From a virus (taxonomy: Duplodnaviria > Caudoviricetes): DNA of 31,466 nt. This document shows, piece by piece, positions 26,309 through 31,466 of the stretch (the stretch's first letter is position 1; each line of letters opens with the position of its first letter). The notes under the pieces were generated by a model, which saw nothing but the letters and a program-made list of their open reading frames with translations, made no database searches and was not told the DNA's origin. Position numbers and translations under genes: made by a program. Location: the IMG/VR virus record IMGVR_UViG_3300030059_000554, positions 1-31,466 of that record, one strand, 5' to 3'.

Positions 26309-27775
26309 ATGACTGTCAACTATAAATTTAAAACTGTACCATATGATCACCAAAGGACTTCTTTGGACGCCGCCGGAGATAAGCCATCCTTTGGCTTCTT
26401 TATGGAGATGGGCACTGGTAAATCTAAGGTGTTGATAGACAACCTTGGACAGTTGTTCCTTGATGGTAAGGTAAACTTTGCCTTAATCATTGCACCAAAA
26501 GGTGTGTATCGTAACTGGGTAGCTAAAGAAATACCACAGCACATGTCGGATAGTGTTCCGCATCGTATAATTAGGTGGGTGTCTTCTCCAAATAAAAAAC
26601 AGCAGGAAGAAATCCAATCTGTTAAGCTTCCCTTTGCTGGTCTTACCATATTTGTTATGAATGTTGAAGCATTTTCCACAACCAAAGGACAAACAGCAGG
26701 CAAGTGGATGGCAAAAACTTTAGGTAGGCATGGTATGATTGCGATTGATGAGTCAACCACTATAAAAAACAGCAAGGCCAAGCGCACTAAGGCACTGATA
26801 AAGATTGCTGAGGGGTTTAGGTATAAAAGATTGTTGACTGGATCACCCATAACTAAATCACCTATGGATATCTATGCGCAGTCAGAGTTTCTTGGCCCTG
26901 GCTTGCTAGGTTATGATTCGTTTTATGCGTTCCAAGGTAGGTATGCTGTTTTACAACGTAGAACCATGGGATCCCACGCCTTTCAACAGGTGTTAGGTTA
27001 CAAGAACCTTGAAGAATTAACACAAAGAATAGATCGTTTTAGCTATCGGGTACTCAAGAAAGATTGTTTGGATTTACCAGAGAAATCATACACCGCTCGA
27101 TACGTTACACTCACTGCTGAACAGGCTAAAATGTACGGCGACATACAACGTCAAGCTCTTTTGTTGCTCGATGATGGAGAGTTAGTTACTGCACCCGCAG
27201 TGATCACACAACTTTTACGGTTGCAACAGATCATGTCCGGACATTTAAAAACAGATGATGGTACAATGATAACATTTCCAACTCGTAGGATGGATGCTTT
27301 GTTAGAACTTATGGATGAACATGATGGTAAGGCTATCATATGGTCAAGGTTCCGACATGACATAAAAGAAATCACTGCTACATTGAACAAGAACCTTGGA
27401 CCTGGGTGCGCTGCGGCGTACTTCGGGGACACTGGTGATGATGAACGTCAGGATATTGTAACTAATTTTCAAAATCCTAATCACCCATTGAAATTTTTTG
27501 TGGGTAACCCAGCTACTGCGGGATATGGCTTGACTTTGACCGAAGCTAATCTCGTGGTATACTATGCTAATGATTTTAACTTGGAGACTCGTATCCAAAG
27601 TGAAGACAGAGCGCACCGAATTGGTCAGAAAAACCCAGTCACTTATGTAGATCTTATTAGCGAGGGTACACTTGATGAACGAATTGTTAAGTCCCTTCGA
27701 TCTAAGATTGATATCAGTGCAAAAGTCCTTGGAGAGGAAGCAAGAGAATGGTTGACACTAAAGCCGACAAAATAG
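26309..27775 (+). CDS. SNF2-family (SF2) helicase
   Basis: MEMGTGKS, IIAPK, IDESTTIK, LTGSP, GYGLTLT and QSEDRAHRIGQ motifs. Confidence 0.93.
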   Translation: MTVNYKFKTVPYDHQRTSLDAAGDKPSFGFFMEMGTGKSKVLIDNLGQLFLDGKVNFALIIAPKGVYRNWVAKEIPQHMSDSVPHRIIRWVSSPNKKQQEEIQSVKLPFAGLTIFVMNVEAFSTTKGQTAGKWMAKTLGRHGMIAIDESTTIKNSKAKRTKALIKIAEGFRYKRLLTGSPITKSPMDIYAQSEFLGPGLLGYDSFYAFQGRYAVLQRRTMGSHAFQQVLGYKNLEELTQRIDRFSYRVLKKDCLDLPEKSYTARYVTLTAEQAKMYGDIQRQALLLLDDGELVTAPAVITQLLRLQQIMSGHLKTDDGTMITFPTRRMDALLELMDEHDGKAIIWSRFRHDIKEITATLNKNLGPGCAAAYFGDTGDDERQDIVTNFQNPNHPLKFFVGNPATAGYGLTLTEANLVVYYANDFNLETRIQSEDRAHRIGQKNPVTYVDLISEGTLDERIVKSLRSKIDISAKVLGEEAREWLTLKPTK

Positions 27776-28002
27776 AACACGATGCCGCAATAGAAACTAT
27801 GGTTGAATATAAACGTGGGTTAAGAAACTTAGACACAGGATCTAAACTCTTGTCTTTGCAAACTGGATTGGATGAGGACATCGCGGCTATGATGTTGAAG
27901 TCTATGAAACGTAACAACGTCACACAAATCCGAGGGTATAGTAAAGAACCAGAGAGGATGCGTAAAGCAAAAGTTGGATTGGCTAATGAGCCTAAGAAAT
28001 AA
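27748..28002 (+). CDS. Hypothetical protein
   Basis: 84 aa overlapping the helicase end, with GGAGAGG upstream. Confidence 0.6.
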   Translation: MVDTKADKIEHDAAIETMVEYKRGLRNLDTGSKLLSLQTGLDEDIAAMMLKSMKRNNVTQIRGYSKEPERMRKAKVGLANEPKK

Positions 28003-28012
28003 TGAGCTATAT

Positions 28013-28037
28013 AAAAAAAGCCCCCATAAAGGGGGCT
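28013..28037 (-). terminator. Rho-independent terminator at the convergent junction
   Basis: AGCCCCC-ATAAA-GGGGGCT (28019-28037), followed by a T-run on the - strand. Confidence 0.85.
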
Positions 28038-28073
28038 AGTTGGTTCAGCTACAGGCGTGTAGCGGAGGAGCAA

Positions 28074-28250
28074 TTACATTGTATCAGATGTTTCTGTTTC
28101 TTCAAAGGCTTTTCTAATTAACACCGATAGCTGCCGAGCCATCGATCGTTGATCTTTTTCAGCTAATGTGAAAAGTCGAGCATGATCTTCTAATAATAGA
28201 GCAACGTTTCTAAACTTCATAGGTTCTTTTTTATGTGAGGCTTGTGCCAT
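28074..28250 (-). CDS. Ribbon-helix-helix (Arc/CopG-like) regulator
   Basis: FRNVALLLEDHARLFTLAEKDQRSMARQLSVLIRKAF. The start is reassigned to ATG 28250, after AAGGAG. Confidence 0.75.
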   Translation of the reverse strand: MAQASHKKEPMKFRNVALLLEDHARLFTLAEKDQRSMARQLSVLIRKAFEETETSDTM

Positions 28251-28266
28251 GAGTGTCTCCTTGTAG

Positions 28267-28310
28267 GTAACCTGTTGATTACTTCTACAGGATATGTAAC
28301 CAAAGCGCAA
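28267..28310 (-). promoter_or_regulatory. Putative promoter/operator of the RHH gene
   Basis: TTGCGC, 17-bp spacer, TAGAAG. The imperfect palindrome CCTGTAGA-AGTAA-TCAACAGG lies over the -10, and GGTTAC is directly repeated. Confidence 0.5.
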
Positions 28311-28311
28311 G

Positions 28312-28821
28312 TCAGTCTTCAAAGTCCTCGATGCCTGATGCCCACATCACAACAGATTTTGTTTTATCAGGGTCACTGGAAAAATCTACTTTGCAAATTA
28401 AAGAACGTTCATGTAATCTAACGCATGCTTGGTGGCATTCGGTTTCTGTAACAGAGTCCATCATTGCGTGAGCATTAAATGTTTCAGCAATCTCCTTGTC
28501 TGTCCAAAGTCTAGCAGTATCCTCCCATAGTATACGCTTGATCAGGTTGTCTAATTGATCCAGTTCTTTTACGACATTGCTGTCTGGGATATGACGAGGA
28601 ACATCCACGCGCATTGCTCTCCAGGGAATGCTCTGGCGTTTGTCGTCATAGTTTGGCAGAACATGAGCAGTCACTAGCACTCCCTCTTCTAAGTTCATGC
28701 GCTCCATGATGCGTCGGTTAATAAATATCTGCTCACCCTGTGAGTTTACTGCGAATGCGCTACCAGAAAATGTATTTGTTTCTACAATAGCCTGCATCTT
28801 AGTTGTTTCTAAATCTTTCAT
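28312..28821 (-). CDS. Putative OB-fold (cold-shock/S1-like) plus winged-helix protein
   Basis: N-terminal half has SAFAVNSQGEQIFI...LEEGVLVTAHV...PWRAMRV; C-terminal half has WTDKEIAETF...ACVRLHERSLICK. The start is 28821 (GAGG RBS) or 28845. Confidence 0.6.
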   Translation of the reverse strand: MKDLETTKMQAIVETNTFSGSAFAVNSQGEQIFINRRIMERMNLEEGVLVTAHVLPNYDDKRQSIPWRAMRVDVPRHIPDSNVVKELDQLDNLIKRILWEDTARLWTDKEIAETFNAHAMMDSVTETECHQACVRLHERSLICKVDFSSDPDKTKSVVMWASGIEDFED

Positions 28822-29135
28822 TTGTTTTCCTCTGTTAATTTCCATTCACCGTTTTCTTTGTTTACTTTTTTTTGAAGTCTTAACTCTATGAGCCACCTTT
28901 CTATTGTGTCTGTTTTTACTAACAACTTTCTTTGAAGCATCTTTAATGTCCAAAGTGGACGGGTCTTCATTAGTTGAAGCATGTAAAACTTCTTCATGTC
29001 CACAGTTACATTCTGTCGTAATGAATAGTGGCTCGGTCGGCAGACCTTTCTCATCTCTGCGTTTTCCGATATCGCGATCACAGCCAAGGCAGTGCCGTAT
29101 TCTTCCTCGTTTAATTTCTTCACGTAATTTTTCAT
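28818..29135 (-). CDS. Overlapping-frame protein with wHTH-like C-terminus
   Basis: MLQLMKTRPLWTLKMLQRKLLVKTDTIERWLIELRLQKKVNKENGEWKL; the stop overlaps ATG 28821 (ATGA). The start is uncertain (29156, 29135 or later). Confidence 0.45.
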   Translation of the reverse strand: MKNYVKKLNEEEYGTALAVIAISENAEMRKVCRPSHYSLRQNVTVDMKKFYMLQLMKTRPLWTLKMLQRKLLVKTDTIERWLIELRLQKKVNKENGEWKLTEENK

Positions 29136-29283
29136 TTTCTTCCCATAATTCTTCATCTAACCAATCAAGGTACTCGGCCACCGCATCAATGATGTCGGCT
29201 CCGGTTTTTTTAGGGGGGATGCCACGCCTAATGCCTAATGCAATGAGGCGCAACTGATAGGATCTATCAGATATTATATCCAT
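28846..29283 (-). CDS. Hypothetical protein with CxxC...CxCxH motif and basic tail
   Basis: 145 aa. It overlaps the upstream stop, and its own stop abuts ATG 28845. Confidence 0.5.
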   Translation of the reverse strand: MDIISDRSYQLRLIALGIRRGIPPKKTGADIIDAVAEYLDWLDEELWEENEKLREEIKRGRIRHCLGCDRDIGKRRDEKGLPTEPLFITTECNCGHEEVLHASTNEDPSTLDIKDASKKVVSKNRHNRKVAHRVKTSKKSKQRKR

Positions 29284-29473
29284 CGAGCCTTAACTTTTCC
29301 ACAAATTCTTTTAGCTCTAGCCTGGCTGTATTATATAAAAATTTTCCTGAGCTATTTAATTTAGGGACTAAAGTTTTACGTTCCTCAAAAATTTCTGAAT
29401 ACTTATCTACTTCATTTCGTAAGAACTTTAACTCTTCTTCTTGCGCGGGGCTAATAAACTTATTGCTCATCAT
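29267..29473 (-). CDS. Hypothetical helical protein
   Basis: MMSNKFISPAQEEELKFLRNEVDKY...LRLDGYNI. The start is reassigned using the GAGGA RBS. Confidence 0.65.
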   Translation of the reverse strand: MMSNKFISPAQEEELKFLRNEVDKYSEIFEERKTLVPKLNSSGKFLYNTARLELKEFVEKLRLDGYNI

Positions 29474-29645
29474 CCCAATCCTCGTCATCTTCCCATCCTT
29501 CAATAAGACCTGCGCCATCGCAGTTATTACAGGTGGTGGTGTTGGAATCAAAAAATCCATACGGGTTACCGCTTGATTGAGGTACTGCAATTTCATATTC
29601 AACAGTGCCATCGCCCAAACATTCGGGACACGTAATTATAATCAT
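29460..29645 (-). CDS. DnaJ-type zinc-finger micro-protein with acidic tail
   Basis: CPECLGDG...CNNCDGAG...WEDDEDWDDEQ; AAGGAG RBS before ATG 29645. Confidence 0.75.
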   Translation of the reverse strand: MIIITCPECLGDGTVEYEIAVPQSSGNPYGFFDSNTTTCNNCDGAGLIEGWEDDEDWDDEQ

Positions 29646-29665
29646 AATAAAACTCCTTGTTATTG

Positions 29666-30157
29666 TTAGTTTAATGTAATTTTTACAGGCATGTGCGCTC
29701 CCATTCGCGGTTTGTGTTTCGTGTATGCTACACCAGTCAATCCATTCCATGAGTACGTTACATTGTATCCACGCACTACGTTTTCAACACGCCTAACATA
29801 TTTTGTTCTGCAGCGTTGAGACTTTTGATAGCCGGAGACAGTGCGACTGTTGTTTTGTGCTACTTCTGCGCCCATGATTGCACCAAGAACGGTCATCGCA
29901 TCCTTGCCACTTCCACCACCCAGGTGATTGGCAATAGCACCACCAAAGATCGCACCAAATAAAGTGTTGATGGGATTGGATTGTCCTGTGTTTTGATACA
30001 CTGGCACAGATACATCATGACAACTGTTGACAGGGTCTGAATAAGTAACGCGATTATACACGGGGTTAATATTAATTACCTCTGCATTGACGTTGTATGT
30101 TTCAGCGTGGACCGCGGACGATGCACACAAAAAACCTACTAATAAAATCTTATGCAT
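29666..30157 (-). CDS. YcfJ-like glycine-zipper 2TM envelope protein with signal peptide
   Basis: Signal peptide ending AVHA, GAIFGGAIANHLGGGSGKDAMTVLGAIMG, paired Cys, GYNVTY...PRMG; AAGGAGG RBS. Confidence 0.8.
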   Translation of the reverse strand: MHKILLVGFLCASSAVHAETYNVNAEVININPVYNRVTYSDPVNSCHDVSVPVYQNTGQSNPINTLFGAIFGGAIANHLGGGSGKDAMTVLGAIMGAEVAQNNSRTVSGYQKSQRCRTKYVRRVENVVRGYNVTYSWNGLTGVAYTKHKPRMGAHMPVKITLN

Positions 30158-30230
30158 ATTTATTTCCTCCTTATCTCTAATTAATAGGCACAGTGTAAAA
30201 TAAAAAATAAAAAATATCTACAAGTTCATC

Positions 30231-30259
30231 TTGCATGCTACATTGCCTGTGTTAAAAAC
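30231..30259 (+). promoter_or_regulatory. Putative promoter antisense to the early genes
   Basis: TTGCAT, 16-bp spacer, TAAAAA(C), the same geometry as the 26260 promoter; A-tract UP-like element at about 30197-30214. Confidence 0.4.
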
Positions 30260-30264
30260 TTTTA

Positions 30265-30310
30265 GTGGGTCAGTTTATTTATCTTGCTTGGTTCTTCTCC
30301 ACTGACCCAC
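30265..30310. ncRNA. Intergenic stem-loop, candidate small RNA
   Basis: Perfect 10-bp inverted repeat GTGGGTCAGT/ACTGACCCAC enclosing a 26-nt pyrimidine-rich loop that ends TTCTCC. Confidence 0.4.
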
Positions 30311-30315
30311 ACGAT

Positions 30316-30507
30316 TTACTCATCTTCAGATATACCAAAATCTGAGGGCTGTTTGTAAACGTCTACAGCCTGACAACAATTTATATCTGCACCCATAAAT
30401 TCTGCGAACTCTAGTCGAGCGCGTTGGCTTGCTTCCTTTGGACCATTTGCATCAACAGTTATTGGTCGAGAGATTACACCCTCGACCACTATTATATATC
30501 TATTCAT
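30316..30507 (-). CDS. Hypothetical protein
   Basis: 63 aa; ATGA coupling to the upstream gene. Confidence 0.65.
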   Translation of the reverse strand: MNRYIIVVEGVISRPITVDANGPKEASQRARLEFAEFMGADINCCQAVDVYKQPSDFGISEDE

Positions 30508-30674
30508 TCTGTACCCTTATCTTTATTTAGCCACAGATAACCTGTGCCTTTGCATTCTTCGCAGTCAGTACCACGATCACCTCTGAACGTAGGCAAGTGA
30601 TCCCCGTAATCAAACTGACAATATCCATGACAATTGGTGCAGGTAATTCTTACTTTTTTATTAGTCAGTTTCAT
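30504..30674 (-). CDS. DnaJ-type zinc-finger micro-protein
   Basis: CTNCHG...CEECKGTG. The start is reassigned to the ATGA overlap at 30674. Confidence 0.7.
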   Translation of the reverse strand: MKLTNKKVRITCTNCHGYCQFDYGDHLPTFRGDRGTDCEECKGTGYLWLNKDKGTE

Positions 30675-30871
30675 ACCAATAACCCGTCCCATTTGGATGA
30701 CACGGTAGCATACCCTGATTTTAAAAGACCTCTCAGATAGCCACGTTGAAAATTACTATCTGGTGGATCAAAGTCAAACGAAGCAATTGCCTGATCAACA
30801 TCGAAGTTAGGCTCATCAACTTCATTTGTAGCTACCTCACGTCCCATGTGATATTCTTGTAAATCATCCAT
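30671..30871 (-). CDS. Acidic hypothetical protein
   Basis: MDDLQEYHMG...DPPDSNFQRGYLRGL; AAGGA RBS before ATG 30871. Confidence 0.65.
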   Translation of the reverse strand: MDDLQEYHMGREVATNEVDEPNFDVDQAIASFDFDPPDSNFQRGYLRGLLKSGYATVSSKWDGLLV

Positions 30872-31100
30872 TTCGTATTCCTTTTTGAACAGTTGAACAC
30901 TCAAGGCAATGCTTGAGAGATAAGGTGTACCCGTGCGAAACAAAGCAAAGCACTCCATCGTGGTTCTCGGCTGTGTCTGCTTTTGATGATCCAATGCGTT
31001 CTGATTTGCGACTGTATAAGTCACCCTTTGCAATGGTACCCTTGCAACAGCTACACTCATATTTTCTACGCGATTTAATTAGTTTAATTATCATCGTCAT
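30864..31100 (-). CDS. Zinc-finger protein (PARP-finger/LIM-like pattern)
   Basis: SRRKYECSCCKGTIAKGDLY...HCLEC. The start is near 31094-31103, after GAGG. Confidence 0.65.
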   Translation of the reverse strand: MTMIIKLIKSRRKYECSCCKGTIAKGDLYSRKSERIGSSKADTAENHDGVLCFVSHGYTLSLKHCLECSTVQKGIRNG

Positions 31101-31197
31101 CATCCTCAAAATCATCTTGATCGTTGCACCAACAACATGGCTCATCGTTTGGGTATTCTCGACACCAACAACATATCTTATTTATGATTTGTCTCAT
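31084..31197 (-). CDS. 37-aa Cys-rich acidic micropeptide (not in ORF track)
   Basis: MRQIINKICCWCREYPNDEPCCWCNDQDDFEDDDDDN*; GGAGG RBS and ATGA overlap with the upstream stop. Confidence 0.7.
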   Translation of the reverse strand: MRQIINKICCWCREYPNDEPCCWCNDQDDFEDDDDDN

Positions 31198-31442
31198 AAC
31201 AAATGACCTCCAGTTTTAAACTGAATGTACTGTGTCACAGTGTTTTCAACTTCGTTGTTGAACTCTGCAAACATGCGGTCTCCAACCGAGGTGACTTGCT
31301 GGACAAAAACAGGCCAGTCTTGTTCCGCTTCCCAGTAGAATGTCGCAAGTGCTAACAGTCTATCTTCTCTTTTCCACACTCCCTTATATTCAAATTCAAA
31401 CACTTCGATGATTTCAACTTGACCTTGAGCATCTGCTATCAT
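31194..31442 (-). CDS. Hypothetical protein
   Basis: 82 aa; ATGA-coupled to a truncated upstream frame that ends at 31439. Confidence 0.6.
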   Translation of the reverse strand: MIADAQGQVEIIEVFEFEYKGVWKREDRLLALATFYWEAEQDWPVFVQQVTSVGDRMFAEFNNEVENTVTQYIQFKTGGHLL

Positions 31443-31466
31443 TCGTCTAGCGTTGCCTGTTTTATA

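Noticed and set aside
29204-29218. CCCCCCTAAAAAAA (- strand) as a programmed frameshift joining the overlapping frames
   Set aside because: The alternative frame has a TAG immediately before 29156, so a shift at this site cannot reach it.
28251-31145. Longer ORF-track starts (28322, 29611, 29750, 30692, 31060, 31145)
   Set aside because: These extensions overlap upstream genes or a promoter. Downstream ATGs have better RBS or ATGA coupling.
1-31466. tRNA genes, introns/inteins or stop-codon recoding
   Set aside because: No cloverleaf was seen in the short intergenic gaps. Polymerase, helicases and primase are uninterrupted and of normal length in the standard code.

Overview
This is a 31.5-kb internal segment of a moderately AT-rich dsDNA tailed phage with a short-tail (podovirus-like) gene set. 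Its architecture resembles marine alphaproteobacterial phages (pelagiphage/roseophage-like); the host is inferred, not shown. The left arm (1-19106, + strand) is a virion operon: putative capsid-decoration proteins, small basic proteins, two head-tail adaptor proteins, a 1170-aa repeat tail fibre with an S74 chaperone, a nozzle/tail tubular protein, and four putative ejection proteins (255, 526, 417 and 1401 aa). The right arm (19103-31466, mostly - strand) is a replication module followed by small early genes. The module has a Leu762-type PolA, a DUF6378-like protein, an SF1 helicase, an AlpA-like HTH, an AEP primase, an SSB-like protein and an oppositely oriented SNF2 helicase. The early genes include an RHH regulator, an OB-fold+wHTH protein, a YcfJ-like glycine-zipper protein and several Cys-rich micro-proteins. 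I see no terminase, portal, major capsid, integrase, endolysin, tRNA or CRISPR array. The most interesting signals are: short motifs shared between unrelated virion proteins ([YFM]xxGGx[VI], TGxVGxVTV, GWxxGxW, NPFMxL); a bacterial SSB-tip mimic (DIPF) on both the SSB and the primase; a candidate promoter-driven sRNA with an anti-SD loop; an unannotated CCWC-repeat micropeptide; and a probable dual-coding region. All family assignments come from motif recognition by eye, without database searches.
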